A DNA stretch of 64,000 nucleotides from Candidatus Brocadiia bacterium (lineage in GTDB: Bacteria; Planctomycetota; Brocadiia; CAIUPP01), in contig JBEKCB010000007.1 of assembly GCA_050015075.1 (NCBI GenBank), forward strand, positions 64,001 through 128,000. Direction: 5' to 3'. Below are positions 9,463-20,900 of the stretch, one piece after another. A program made the position numbers and the translations under genes. Within the stretch, counting starts at the first letter, position 1, and each line of letters begins with the position of its first letter. The notes under the pieces are model-generated. The model saw only the letters and a list, made by a program, of their open reading frames with translations. It searched no databases and had not been told where the DNA came from.

Positions 9463-10365
9463 TCATCTCTTCGGTTCTTTGAGGCGCTCCACAAACACGC
9501 CGGGTTTCTCCCCGCCGCCGACGGCCGTCGCTCCGTATTCCCCGTTTGAAGTCAGGTCGCCCGCGAGCCGCTTGAGCGCCGCGCGGTGAATCTGGCAGAC
9601 GCGGGGAACGGTCACATGGAGGATGGCGCCTATCTCGTGCAGCGCCAGCCGCTCGAAGTAATAGCGCCTGATGACCATCCGCTCGGTCCCGGGCAGGCGA
9701 AGGATGGCTCCGGCGAGCCGGGACTTGCTCTCCTCGAGCGCCGCGCAGTCCGGCGGCTGGAGTGCGGAGTCGCGCCGCTCGTACTGCGGCATCGCATACT
9801 TCCCATCGAGCCCACCCGCCGGCGGCGGGGCGTCCAACGAGAAAAACGCGTGCGCACCGGCGACCTTCAGCCTGGCGAGATCCTGCGCCGCGAGTCCCGC
9901 TCGGCCGCAAATCTCGGCGGACGTCGGCGGCCGGCTGACTTCCTGCTCGAGTTCCGCGCTGATGCGCGCGACGCGTCGCAGCGTCGAACGCACCGAACGC
10001 GGCAGCCAATCGGCGGACCGCAGCAGATCCAGCATAGCTCCGCGGATCCGGATCATAGCGTAAGTGTGAAAGCGTATGTTCCGGCCCGGGTCAAAACGGT
10101 CGGTCGCTTCAATCAGGCCCAGCGTGCCCGCTTCCAGCAAGTCTTCCCGGTCAACGTGAGACGGCAAGTGCGCGGCGACGCAGGACAGGACATGTTTCAC
10201 CAGCGGCAGATGGTCCAGAATCAACTTCTCCCGCACCGCTTGCGAAAAACGCCCGGCATGGCGTCCGCGCTCCACGGCTTCTCCTGCACATGGGCTCGCC
10301 TTCCGGCCGAACGACGCGCGACGAGCCGCCATGCCCGTGACGCGATCCGCCGTGGAAGTTATCAT
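9463..10365 (-). CDS. FliA/WhiG-family (sigma28-like) RNA polymerase sigma factor
   Basis: EDLLEAGTLGLIEA.DRFDP, RIRGAMLDLLRSADWLPRSVR, region 4 EIGAIL.VT..RVCQIH; AAGGAG RBS before ATG 10365. Confidence 0.88.
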   Translation of the reverse strand: MITSTADRVTGMAARRASFGRKASPCAGEAVERGRHAGRFSQAVREKLILDHLPLVKHVLSCVAAHLPSHVDREDLLEAGTLGLIEATDRFDPGRNIRFHTYAMIRIRGAMLDLLRSADWLPRSVRSTLRRVARISAELEQEVSRPPTSAEICGRAGLAAQDLARLKVAGAHAFFSLDAPPPAGGLDGKYAMPQYERRDSALQPPDCAALEESKSRLAGAILRLPGTERMVIRRYYFERLALHEIGAILHVTVPRVCQIHRAALKRLAGDLTSNGEYGATAVGGGEKPGVFVERLKEPKR

Positions 10366-10409
10366 CTGCTTCTCCTTTTCCGGCCCGTCGTTGCTTTTCA
10401 AGTGCCGCA

Positions 10410-10829
10410 TCATCCGTCGCGCGCACCGGCGCTCACCGCCCGCACCCCGCTTAACCCGCCGCCGAGAAAGAAAGCGCACAAGAGCGACGCGTTATCACTC
10501 TCGACGGTCCAGATTTCCTCGATAATCTCGATCATGTGATCCAGCAGCGTATCCAATTTCGAGCGGTCCGGGCATTTCGGCGGCTTCTTGAAAAGCACAA
10601 CGGCCCTCGCGGCGCGCATTCCCAATTCGATCTCTTCGACCATCTGGAGGAGGTCCTCCTTCTCGTCCCGGAGGTCGTGGAATTGATCCAGGTCCCATCC
10701 TTCGTGGAGCGTGTCGTGCTGTTTCCATGTGAGCCTGCGGACGTGCGTGTAGAGTTGCGCCTCTTCTTTGTAACCGTGCACCAGGGCGTTGATAGCCGCC
10801 GCGACGTCGGTCAGCGTGTCGTTCTTCAC
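10410..10829 (-). CDS. Helical hypothetical protein, FlgN-like
   Basis: GTG start with GAGGAGG RBS; amphipathic helices with an E..LY..L..L...Q...L...D...EKE.LL pattern reminiscent of FlgN. Confidence 0.55.
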   Translation of the reverse strand: MKNDTLTDVAAAINALVHGYKEEAQLYTHVRRLTWKQHDTLHEGWDLDQFHDLRDEKEDLLQMVEEIELGMRAARAVVLFKKPPKCPDRSKLDTLLDHMIEIIEEIWTVESDNASLLCAFFLGGGLSGVRAVSAGARDG

Positions 10830-10939
10830 GGAATTCCCTCCTCATATCTCGCAAAATGAAAGTGTGCGGCCCAGCTCAGGCCACCGTTTGCACCGGGTCG
10901 TCTCCCTGACGGAACGCTCCCCGCGTGTCAATCCAGTCT

Positions 10940-11812
10940 TCAATCCCGGACGCAATCTCTGCCGGCGGACTTGGCGCGATACAGGGCCTCGTCGGCTGCC
11001 TGGAGAAGCGCCCCCGCCGAGTTACGGCCCTCGCTATCCGCGACGCCAAAGCTCACTGTGACCTCCAATGTCTTGTCGCGAACTGTCAAGTGTCCGGAGC
11101 GGATGCTCATCCGCAGCCGCTCGGCGAAGGCCATGGCGCCCTGAAGAGAGATTTCCGGCGCCACGACGACGAACTCCTCGCCGCCGAAGCGAACAGGGGT
11201 ATCCGATTGGCGGCAGCGCGCGGCCAGCAGGCGGGCCACCTGGCGCAGGACATCGTCGCCTGCCGCATGGCCAAACTGGTCGTTGACCCTTTTGAAATGA
11301 TCAATGTCCGCCATAATGACCGACAGATGCTCACCATACCGCACATGTCTGGTCCACTCGCGCTGAAGGCATTCGTCCAGGGCCCGGCGGTTGAACAACT
11401 CGGTCAGGGGATCCATCAAGGCGTGTTTCCGGAGCAGGTCCTGGAGACGCTTGGTCCGCAAGGCCGCCCGGACGCGCGCGCGCAACTCGAATGCGTCGAA
11501 GGGCTTGGTGACGAAGTCCACGCCTCCCAGATCCAGTCCCTTGACTTTATCGTCGGCGCCGTCCGACCCGGACAGGAAGATCACCGGAATCGAAGAGGTG
11601 AGCGCCTCGCTCTTCAGTCGCCGGCAGACCTCGAAGCCGCTCATGCCGGGCATGTCCACGTCCAGCAGGACCAGGTCCGGGATATCGCGGCTGGCCGCCT
11701 CAAGCCCATCTTTGCCGCCGCCGGCGCACAGAATCTCGTGGCCTTCATGGGCCAGCCGGGCCTTTGCCACAGCCAGCGCGTCGGGGCTATCGTCTATAAT
11801 GAGTATCTTCAT
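10940..11812 (-). CDS. REC + GGDEF diguanylate cyclase
   Basis: Receiver, [20 protein letters not shown], RxxD I-site (RQSD), GGEEF; ATGA overlap with the upstream kinase. Confidence 0.93.
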   Translation of the reverse strand: MKILIIDDSPDALAVAKARLAHEGHEILCAGGGKDGLEAASRDIPDLVLLDVDMPGMSGFEVCRRLKSEALTSSIPVIFLSGSDGADDKVKGLDLGGVDFVTKPFDAFELRARVRAALRTKRLQDLLRKHALMDPLTELFNRRALDECLQREWTRHVRYGEHLSVIMADIDHFKRVNDQFGHAAGDDVLRQVARLLAARCRQSDTPVRFGGEEFVVVAPEISLQGAMAFAERLRMSIRSGHLTVRDKTLEVTVSFGVADSEGRNSAGALLQAADEALYRAKSAGRDCVRD

Positions 11813-14793
11813 GTCTTCCCCACATCCGAGGACACGTAATCCGGCACGTGTCCTGCTTGAATTCTCTCGCACAAATGCCCCAGGTGGTCCAATACTCGAA
11901 TCGCCGCCTCGGCGTCGCCCGACCTGGCGTGGGATTCAAGCTCACCGGCCGCGTCGGTCAGGCAGGCGAAACCGTAACTGCCCCCGGCGCCCTTCATCTG
12001 GTGGGCCAGTCTGCGAAGCGCGTTCCACTGACTGTTGTGCGCCGCCTCCCGCATCTCCGCCAGTCGTCGCGGCAATTTGCCGACGAACTCCGCAATGATC
12101 CCCGCCATGTCCGGGTCGGTGCGGAAGACTGAGTGAATAGCATTCTCCGAAGACGCCTTCCCCGACGCCGGCACAACCGGCCCGCTCTCGCTCCCGGGTC
12201 CCGGACTGCCCATCAGCCGGGCGAGAATCGCCAGCAGGGCTATACGGTTCACCGGTTTCGTGGCGTAGTCATCGCACCCGGCGGCGATGCACTTCCGGCG
12301 ATCTTCCGGCATGGCGTGGGCTGTCAGGGCAACGATCGGCTTGTCGTACTTCGACTGACGCAGTTGACGGGTCGCGTCGTACCCGTCCATCACCGGCATT
12401 TGCATGTCCATGAGGATCGCGCCGTATGGCGCGCCCGCCGACAGCGCCGCCAGGGCTTTTTCCACGGCTGTTCGGCCGTTGGAGGCCAGGTCCACCTCCG
12501 CCCCGGCCATGCGAAGGATGAGGGAGATGAGCTTCTGGTTGTCAAGGCCGTCCTCGGCCAGCAGAACTCTGCCGCGAAGCTTCACGTCAGCGGGGGAAGG
12601 TGATCGTGATTCATGAGACATCCGAGTTGCCGCCTCGGAAAGATCACTCAGCATGCGGACAGACTCGGGAAGGTCCGTTTTCATCGTGAAGGTGAACGTA
12701 CTTCCCTTGCCCGGCACGCTGACGACGTGGACGTCGCCACCCAAGGCTTCCGCCAGCCGTTTGCTGATGGCCAGGCCCAGCCCGGTGCCCCCGTACTGCC
12801 GCGTCGTGGAGGAATCCGCCTGGGTGAACGGTTGGAAGAGCCGCTCGATCTGCTCGGGCGTCACGCCGATACCTGTATCCTTCACGTCGAAGGCCACGGC
12901 CGCGCGTTCGGCCTGGGCGTCCGTGACGCAGCGCACGACGATTTCCACGTGCCCCTTGGAGGTGAACTTCGCGGCATTACTGACCAGGTTCACAAGAACC
13001 TGTCGTATCCTTGCCGGATCGCTCAGGATCGTCTCCGGCAGGGGGAACTCGTAGCGGGCGTTCAGGCTCGTGTCCTTCTCAACGGCCCGGACCCTCATCA
13101 GCGACACCGTCTCTTCAACTAACTGCACGAGCGAACAGGGCACGCGCTCGACTTGAATTTTGCCGGCTTCGACCTTCGCCAGGTCCAGGATTTCGTTGAT
13201 GAGTTCCAGCAGGAGCTGGCCATTGCGACGAATGACCTGAATACTCTCTTTGTTCTGCACGCGCGTGGCGCAGGCTTGGTGATCCGGGCACGCGATGCAG
13301 CAGCACTCGATGGAGTTATCGAGCATGTCGGCGAATCCCAGGATCGCCGTCATCGGCGTGCGGATTTCATGACTCATGTTGGCCAGGAAAGCGCTCTTGG
13401 AAGCGTTGGCGGCATCGGCGGCAGCCTTGGCTTGTTTCAGGGCTTCCTCACTCTGCTTCTGTGCGGTGATGTCGCGGACCGTTGCCAGGATAAACACCTT
13501 GCCGGCCTGCTCCACCCGGGTGAGGAGCACGTTGGTGGGGAATTCCTCGCCGTCGAGCCGCTTGTGTATCCACTCGAAGAAGTGGGTGCCTTCGCGCATG
13601 GCCTTCTCAATCAGCACCCGGGCCTTCTCGGCGGAAACGCTCCCGTCCGGCTGCCGTTCGGGAGAAAGGTCCGCAGGCCCGTGCAAGAGGAACTCCGCCT
13701 CACTCTTTGCCCTGAACATCGCCACCGCTGCCGGGTTCCCGGATGTGAAACTCCATGACGGCGGCGCGTCGGTCATCAGGGCGTCGCGCGAGCTTTCAAA
13801 GAGAACCCGGAACCGCTCCTCGCTCTGCCGCAGCGCCTCCTCCGCCCGTTTGCGGTCGGTGATGTCCATATACGTTCCGAGCACGCCGATGATTTCTCCC
13901 GTAGAGTTGGGCAGAGGGACCTTGCTCGTGAGAACCGTGATGGTGTTTCCTTCAGGGGTCGTCTGGGGTTCTTCGGTGAGAAGCCTGGGGCGGCCGCTCT
14001 CGATGACTTGGCGGTCATCGGCGCGATATAATTCCGCCTGGTTGCGCCACACCATCTGGTAATCATCTTTTCCGATGATGTCTTTCGATTCGGCAAATCC
14101 CGCATCGCGCGCGAATGCCGCGTTACAGCCCAGGAAAACGAGGTTCTTGTCCTTCCAGAAAACCCTCATGGGTATTGCTTTGATAATACCTTCGATGATC
14201 TGTTGTGATGCCCGCAGCGCCTCCTCCGCCTGCTTGCGCCACGTGATATTGACGATGGAGGCGACGATGTGCGGTCGCCCGCCAATCACCGCCGGATCGG
14301 CGCTGATCTCAAGCCAGGGCTTGACCTGTACGCCGCCGACGGCCAGGACGGGCTGGACCTCAATCGCGTGAGCGGGTTGGCCGGTCTTGAAGACGTCTTC
14401 AATGACCGCTCGGATCGGACATGATGCACATGAGGAACTTCTCCCGCATCCTCCGGGGTGCTCTGAGGCATGCAGGCAGCCGAAGGCATCCCCGGGTTGG
14501 CGATTGACCATCTCGGCGGAGGTCTTGGCGACCAGCTTTGCGGCGACGTCGTTGACGGCTGTGATCACCGTGTTCGCGTCCATCAGCAGCAGCCCAACCG
14601 GCGAGGCATTGAACGTGCTTTGCCATCGCTGCTGGGAGGCCCGGGCTTCCTGGACGGCCTGCTCCAACTTTGTGGATTGGTCAATCACAACCCTTTCCTG
14701 CACCGTCAGCAACGCGGTCAGTGCCGCCACCTCAGCCTGCAGAATAGATGCCTTGTCGAGAACATCGCGGACAGCCACAACCTTTGCCTCCAT
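11809..14793 (-). CDS. Hybrid sensor kinase (3xPAS-HisKA-HATPase-REC-Hpt)
   Basis: [14 protein letters not shown]-box, GGTGLGL, REC (MDMQMP), Hpt AHQMKGAGG. Confidence 0.93.
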   Translation of the reverse strand: MEAKVVAVRDVLDKASILQAEVAALTALLTVQERVVIDQSTKLEQAVQEARASQQRWQSTFNASPVGLLLMDANTVITAVNDVAAKLVAKTSAEMVNRQPGDAFGCLHASEHPGGCGRSSSCASCPIRAVIEDVFKTGQPAHAIEVQPVLAVGGVQVKPWLEISADPAVIGGRPHIVASIVNITWRKQAEEALRASQQIIEGIIKAIPMRVFWKDKNLVFLGCNAAFARDAGFAESKDIIGKDDYQMVWRNQAELYRADDRQVIESGRPRLLTEEPQTTPEGNTITVLTSKVPLPNSTGEIIGVLGTYMDITDRKRAEEALRQSEERFRVLFESSRDALMTDAPPSWSFTSGNPAAVAMFRAKSEAEFLLHGPADLSPERQPDGSVSAEKARVLIEKAMREGTHFFEWIHKRLDGEEFPTNVLLTRVEQAGKVFILATVRDITAQKQSEEALKQAKAAADAANASKSAFLANMSHEIRTPMTAILGFADMLDNSIECCCIACPDHQACATRVQNKESIQVIRRNGQLLLELINEILDLAKVEAGKIQVERVPCSLVQLVEETVSLMRVRAVEKDTSLNARYEFPLPETILSDPARIRQVLVNLVSNAAKFTSKGHVEIVVRCVTDAQAERAAVAFDVKDTGIGVTPEQIERLFQPFTQADSSTTRQYGGTGLGLAISKRLAEALGGDVHVVSVPGKGSTFTFTMKTDLPESVRMLSDLSEAATRMSHESRSPSPADVKLRGRVLLAEDGLDNQKLISLILRMAGAEVDLASNGRTAVEKALAALSAGAPYGAILMDMQMPVMDGYDATRQLRQSKYDKPIVALTAHAMPEDRRKCIAAGCDDYATKPVNRIALLAILARLMGSPGPGSESGPVVPASGKASSENAIHSVFRTDPDMAGIIAEFVGKLPRRLAEMREAAHNSQWNALRRLAHQMKGAGGSYGFACLTDAAGELESHARSGDAEAAIRVLDHLGHLCERIQAGHVPDYVSSDVGKT

Positions 14794-14814
14794 ATGGGAA
14801 CGGTTTCCGACGCA

Positions 14815-15690
14815 TCAGCCGAAGACTCTCCCGCTAACGAAGGACAGGAGGGCAATGCCGATGCTCAATGCCAGCGTCTTGAACATCTCGGCGGTCTCCG
14901 GCGGAACGTGGGCTCTGGAAAACAAGATCGTTGTGTAGAGATTCCCTGACGGCAGCATCCCACCGAAGCCGATCACGGACCGAACGCCGAACGGCACGAC
15001 GAATTCCTTCTGCGCCGGCACATACTCGTTGCCGACGGCGTCCGGGACATAGAAGACGTTGTACGTCTTCTGCGTCAGATCCATGATGACCTTCGGGTCG
15101 GGCTCCAGCAGGGTCTTGATCTCCAGCCCAAGCTGTTGGACCAGTTGGCGGACCATCGGCACGCGGTTGACGAACTGCTCGCTGGGCAGCGGGATGACTT
15201 TATGCCCTTGGGAGTTCCTCCGGAAGTTCCACTCCGGCCTCGCGCCGGCGGTGGCGAGCAGGACCAGACATTTCATCGAGGGAGGTGGCGAAGACGCGCC
15301 GATCATGTTCCGCGCAGCAGCCCGTAACTCTTCGTCAAGCTCGTCGTAGAAGTGAGTCTTGAATAAGCGAGCCAGGACGAAAGCCTGCCGGCCCGTCTTG
15401 CCGTCGAGGAAATGGTCATAGAGATAGCGCACTATGCGGTTTGCCGTTTCCTCCATGCTCGTCGCTCCGGCCGCCATCGTCCTCAGCGCGCCGGAGCATT
15501 CGGCCATGTCCTTCATCGTGAAGTTGCCGATGTCATGCATCTTCGCTTCTCCCGGAGCGGCTACGTTCGTTACAATATTCTCTGCCGATGACGCATCTGC
15601 CGACGGCAAGCGCGCAGATGAATTGTGCGTTGCCTGCGACCGCACAGCCGCTGTCTCGCGCAGGGACTCGCGTTTCACGTCATTCTCCAT
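14815..15690 (-). CDS. Conserved-looking hypothetical protein, possible stand-alone GAF-like sensor
   Basis: Long ORF with protein-like composition; C-terminus FVVPFGVRSVIGFGGMLPSG resembles GAF strands; start uncertain (15690 or ~15540). Confidence 0.7.
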   Translation of the reverse strand: MENDVKRESLRETAAVRSQATHNSSARLPSADASSAENIVTNVAAPGEAKMHDIGNFTMKDMAECSGALRTMAAGATSMEETANRIVRYLYDHFLDGKTGRQAFVLARLFKTHFYDELDEELRAAARNMIGASSPPPSMKCLVLLATAGARPEWNFRRNSQGHKVIPLPSEQFVNRVPMVRQLVQQLGLEIKTLLEPDPKVIMDLTQKTYNVFYVPDAVGNEYVPAQKEFVVPFGVRSVIGFGGMLPSGNLYTTILFSRAHVPPETAEMFKTLALSIGIALLSFVSGRVFG

Positions 15691-15741
15691 GTTCTTTCCT
15701 GGCCGACGCGGCGATAAACCCAAGCCACACCCAGAGACATT

Positions 15742-16785
15742 TCACGGTTCGCTGATCTCCTCGCGGATCTTCCGGAACTCGGAGACGCCTTCCATAAAGG
15801 CGTCGAAGACGGCAGGGGCGAAGTGTTTCCCTCGTCCCTCTCGCATGACCTCAAGGGTTTGTGTTTCGGGGATCGCCGGGCGATAGACCCGGTTGTGCGT
15901 CATGGCGTCATACACGCTGGCGACGGCCACGATGCGCGCGCTGAGCGGAATGGCATCGCCGGCGAGCGCGTGGATATAGCCGTTGCCGTCCCACTTCTCG
16001 TGGTGCCACAACGCAATGTCCCTGGCCATGCGCAGCAGCGGCGCCTCCTCGCCGGAAAGCATCTGCGCCCCGATGACGGTATGCCGTTTCATGATCTCGA
16101 ATTCCTCAGCGGTCAGCTTCCCCGGCTTCCTGAGAATCGCGTCGGGGACCCCGATCTTCCCGATGTCGTGCATGGGCGCCGCCAGGCGGATGTCCTCCAG
16201 TTCGCGCCCTTCCCATCCCAATTGCTGGGCGATTTGCCAGGCGTAGAGGCCGATGCGCCTGGTGCCCGCCCCGGTTGCCTCGTCGCGGCGCTCTGCGGAG
16301 GCCAGCAGTCTCAGAATGATCGCCTCCTGGGTCGCCCGGACTTCCGCCGTCCGCTCGCTGACTTTCTGTTCGAATTCCTGTTCGTGGCGCCGGAGCGCCA
16401 TCACCAGGCGACGTCGTTCCAGAGCGTTGGCGACGTTGGCCACCAATTCGTTGGCCTCAAACGGCTTGACGATATACCCGTAAGCGCCCAGTTGAAGCGC
16501 CCGGATGGCTGTGGGCCGGTCATCAACGCCCGTCACCACGATCACGGCGGTGTCGGGGCGGGCATTCCGAACTTTTTCCAGGAGTTCCAGGCCCGACATC
16601 CCCGGCATCGTGATATCCAGCACCACCAGCGAGTACTCCGCGCGCTGCAGAAGGTCCCACGCTTCGTCACCGCTTGCCGCCGTGGTGCACTCATAGCCGT
16701 CGAGATCGAGCTGTCGCGACACGAGACGGCGCAGGCATTCTTCGTCGTCCACGACCAGTATGCGATGCCTTGGTTCGTCGGCCAT
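15742..16785 (-). CDS. REC + degenerate HD-GYP protein
   Basis: Paralog of the next gene. HD kept, but ETGAH>ATGAG, GYP>GYI, ADVYD>ASVYD. Confidence 0.88.
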   Translation of the reverse strand: MADEPRHRILVVDDEECLRRLVSRQLDLDGYECTTAASGDEAWDLLQRAEYSLVVLDITMPGMSGLELLEKVRNARPDTAVIVVTGVDDRPTAIRALQLGAYGYIVKPFEANELVANVANALERRRLVMALRRHEQEFEQKVSERTAEVRATQEAIILRLLASAERRDEATGAGTRRIGLYAWQIAQQLGWEGRELEDIRLAAPMHDIGKIGVPDAILRKPGKLTAEEFEIMKRHTVIGAQMLSGEEAPLLRMARDIALWHHEKWDGNGYIHALAGDAIPLSARIVAVASVYDAMTHNRVYRPAIPETQTLEVMREGRGKHFAPAVFDAFMEGVSEFRKIREEISEP

Positions 16786-16801
16786 CGTTCCGTTCCTCCG
16801 C

Positions 16802-17944
16802 TCAACTGTCCAGGACATGGCCGACCTTTCGGGCGACCGTTTCCATTGTCAACGGCTTCAACATGAAGGCGGCGTCGGTATCGGGTGCGCCTTGATGTAA
16901 AATCGCGTCGTCCGCTTCCTCCCGGATCTTCCGGACTTGGGAAAGGACCTCCATAAAGGCGTCGAAGACGGCCGGGTCGAAGTGCTTTCCGCGCTCCTCT
17001 CGCATGATCTCAATCGTCTGTGCTTCGGGGATCGCCGGATGATAGACCCGGGCGTGCGTCATGGCGTCATAGACGTCGGCGACGGCCACGATGCGCGCGC
17101 TGAGCGGAATGGCCTCGCCGACCAGTCCCTCGGGATAGCCGCTGCCGTCCCATTTCTCATGGTGCGACATCGCAATATCCCCGGCCATGCGCAGCAACGG
17201 CGAGTTGGCGCCGGCCAGCACCTTCACCCCGATGACGGTATGCCGTTTGATGAACTCAAATTCCTCAGCGGTCAGCTTGCCCGGTTTCTGAAGTATGCCA
17301 TCCGGGACGCCGACCTTGCCGATGTCGTGCATCGGGGCCGCCAGGCGTATGTCCTCGAGTTCGCGCCCTTTCCATCCCAATTGCCGGGCGATTTGCCAGG
17401 CGTAGAGGCCGATGCGCTTGACGTGCGCTCCGGTTTCCTCGTCGCGATACTCCGTGGCGGACAGCAGTCTCAGGGTGGTTTCCTCCTGGGCCGCCCGGAC
17501 TTCCGCCGTTCGCTCGCTGACTTTCTGCTCGAGTTCCCATTCACGGTCCTGGCTCGCCCTGACCATGCGGCGGCGCTCCAGGGCGTTGACAATATTGATG
17601 GCCAACTCATTGGCTTCGAATGGCTTGACGATATAGCCGTAAGCCCCCAGTTGCAGCGCACGGATGGCGGTGGGCCGGTCGTCAACGCCCGTCACCATGA
17701 TGACGGCGATGTCCGGGCGGGCCTGCCGGACTTTCTCCAAAAGTTCCAGACCTGACATCCCCGGCATCGTGATGTCCAGCACCACCAGCGAGTATTCCGC
17801 GCGCTGGAGCATTTCCCACGCCGCTTCCCCGCTCGCGGCGAGGTCGCACTCGTAGCCCTCGAAGGTGAGCTGGCGGGCCACGAGGCGCCGCAGGAACTCT
17901 TCGTCGTCCACCACGAGAATGCGATCCCGCAATTTCACTGCCAT
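16802..17944 (-). CDS. REC + HD-GYP phosphodiesterase (RpfG-like) with C-terminal receiver-derived tail
   Basis: RDEETGAH, HDIGK, HHEKWDGSGYP and ADVYDA intact. Confidence 0.92.
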   Translation of the reverse strand: MAVKLRDRILVVDDEEFLRRLVARQLTFEGYECDLAASGEAAWEMLQRAEYSLVVLDITMPGMSGLELLEKVRQARPDIAVIMVTGVDDRPTAIRALQLGAYGYIVKPFEANELAINIVNALERRRMVRASQDREWELEQKVSERTAEVRAAQEETTLRLLSATEYRDEETGAHVKRIGLYAWQIARQLGWKGRELEDIRLAAPMHDIGKVGVPDGILQKPGKLTAEEFEFIKRHTVIGVKVLAGANSPLLRMAGDIAMSHHEKWDGSGYPEGLVGEAIPLSARIVAVADVYDAMTHARVYHPAIPEAQTIEIMREERGKHFDPAVFDAFMEVLSQVRKIREEADDAILHQGAPDTDAAFMLKPLTMETVARKVGHVLDS

Positions 17945-17960
17945 CGTCAACCTGCTTCCT

Positions 17961-20900
17961 TCAACTATCCAGAACCTGCCGGACTTTATGGACGATCGTT
18001 TCGACGGTGAACGGCTTCTGCATGAAGGCGACACTAATGTCGAGCACGCCGTCGTGCACAATCGCATTGTCCGTGTAACCGGACATGTAGAGCACCTTGA
18101 GACCGGGCAGCTTGGTCTTCAGCCGGTCAGCAAGCTCGTGTCCGCTGATTCCGGACATGACCATGTCCGTCAGCAGCAAGGCAATCGGTCCTTCATGTTC
18201 CGCGACCAGGCGTTCTGCCTCCTCGCCGGAGGCGGCCGTCAACACCGCGTATCCCCGCGCCTTCAGGACGCGTTCCGCGATCTGGCGGACGGGCGTCTCG
18301 TCCTCGACAATGAGAAGGGTTTCGCTGCCGCCCTCGGCCGAGGGCGCCACCGCGACTTTGACTGGGGCGAGCGCTTCTTCGACCCTGGGCAGATAAATCT
18401 TGAAGGTGGTCCCTTTGCCCGGCTCGCTGTAAACCCAGATGTTGCCGCCGTGCTGCGTGACGATGCCGTAGACGGTGGCCAGGCCCAGGCCCGTTCCCTT
18501 GCCCTTCTCCTTCGTCGTGAAGAACGGCTCAAAGAGGTGGCCCTTCGTGGCGGCGTCCATGCCGTGCCCCGTGTCCGACACGGCCAGCATGACATAGGGT
18601 CCGGGCTTGACGGAGACATGTTGGCCGGCATACTCCGCGTCCAGCTCGACATTCGCCGTCTCCAGCGTGAGTTTCCCGCCGGTCGGCATGGCGTCCCGCG
18701 CGTTGACGGCGAGGTTCACGAGGACCTGCTCCATCTGGCCGGGGTCGGCCCGGACGTTGCCGAGGTCCGGCGCCGGCGTGAATCGAATGTCAATGTCCTC
18801 GCCCAACACCCGCTTCAGCATCTTGCTGGCCTCCGCGGCCGTGTCATTGATATTGAGGACTTGCATCGCCAGCGGCTGACGGCGGCTGAACGCGAGCAGT
18901 TGCCGCGTCAGCTCGGCGGCCCGTTTCGTCAGCCGCTGAACTTCCGCCAGATCCTCCCGCATCGGCGACGCCGCATCCAGTTGGTCCGAGACGAGTTCGA
19001 CGTAGCCGCCGATGCCCGTCAGGATGTTGTTGAAGTCGTGCGCCACACCCCCGGCGAGACGGCCGACGGACTCCATCTTCTGGGCTTGTTGGAGTTGCGC
19101 ATCGAGCGCGGCGCGCTCAATTTCCGAGCGTTTGCGCCCGGTGATGTCGTGCAGGAAACAGACCAGGCGCCCGCCGTGAATCGGGAGGAAATTGAGGCTG
19201 ATATCCAGGTGCATCAGCGTTCCGTCTTTGCGGCGATGCCGCCGCTCGAACTGCGCCTTGCCTTCCTGGATCACGCGGCTGAGTTGCAGCATGACCTGGG
19301 GCCCCGTTTCATCGGCTTCGAGGTCGGGGATGGACATGCGCAGCAGTTCGTCGCGGCTGTAACCGGTCATGCGGCAAAAGGTGTCGTTCACCTCCAGGAA
19401 GCGCCCCTGCAGGTCGGCCAGGTAGAAGCCCTCCATCGTGGTTTTCAGAATCGTGCGGAGTTCCTCTTCGCTTTCGCGCAACGCGGCCTCGTCGCGCTTG
19501 CGCTCGGTGACGTCGCGGAGGAAGCAAACGTAGCGCCCGCCATGGGTCGAGATGAAGTTGACGCTGACATCCAGATCCGCCAGCGTTCCGTCCTTGCGGC
19601 GCTGGCGCCGCTCGAACCGCGCCTTCCCTTTCTCTGTGATGCGCCGGAGGTTGGCCGCGACCTCGGCGGGTGTTTCATCGGCTTCGACGTCGGGAATGGA
19701 CATGTGCAGCAGTTCGTCGCGGCTGTAACCGATCATGCTGCAATAGGTGTCGTTCACCTCCAGGAAGCGCCCCTGGTGGTCGAAGATGAAAACCCCTTCC
19801 ATGGTGGTTTTCAGGATCGTCCGGCTTTCCTCCTCCTGTTCGCGGACCGCGGCCACCGCGCGCTTGCGCTCGGTAATGTCGCGAATGTTGCATTGGATCA
19901 CCTTGTGATGGTCCACCGCGTAGACGTTGCTGACGAACTCCACGCTGATCTTTCGCCCGTCGGCCGTTTCCAGCGGCAAGTCGTCGTAACGGACGAATCC
20001 CTTCTTCTGCAATTCCATGAACTTAGCCTGGTTGGCCCAGACATCCTTGAAGAACCCCAGGTCCCAGACCGCCTTGTTCAGGAACTGCTCATGCGAAAAA
20101 CTCAACAACTCGATCAGGAACGGGTTCACGTCGGTGACCATGCCGGTCTCTGGATCGAGGAGCAGGATGCCGTCTTTGGCCGCCTCGAAGAGCCGGCGAT
20201 AGCGCATCTCCGAGTCGCGCAGCACATTCTCCGCCAGCTTGCGCTCGGTGATGTCCATATAAGTCCCGAGCAGGCCGCTGATCTCGCCCGTAGAACTGCG
20301 CAGAGGCAGCTTGTTCGTAAGAATCGTGATGGTTTTCCCTTCGGGAGTCGTCAGGAGTTCTTCGATGAGCAAATTGGAGCAACCGCTCTCAACGACCTGG
20401 CGGTCATCGCTGCGATACGATTCCGCCCGATCACGCCACCCCATCTGATAATCATCTTTGCCGATAATGTCCTTCGAACCGGCAAATCCCGCGTCGCGCG
20501 CAAATATCTCGTTACAGCCCAGGTAAACGAGATTCTTGTCCTTCCAGAACACCCTCACGGGGATCGCGTTGATAATCCCTTCGGTGATCTGTTGCGACGA
20601 GTGCAGCGTTTCTTCCGCCTGCTTGCGCTCGGTGATGTCTCGGGCATACAGGTTCACGTAGCCCTGGCCGACGACGGGGGCCAAGGTTGCGCTGAACGTG
20701 CGATCCCCCGCCTGGAACTCGAAGTTGACCGGGCGCTCCTTCGCAAGCGTTTCGCCGATGCGCGCCTGCCATTCGGCGTTGACCGCGCCGCCCACCGCGG
20801 CGCCCATCGTGAGGAGAATGGAGTCCGACGCCGCGTTTGCGTATTCCAGGAGGCCCTGGACAGACAGGCGCACCACCGGGTTCGGGTTTTCCGCGGGGAA

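Noticed and set aside
10410-10829. RsiG-type c-di-GMP anti-sigma factor for the WhiG-like sigma
   Set aside because: The E-x3-S-x2-R-x3-Q-x3-D signature is not present.
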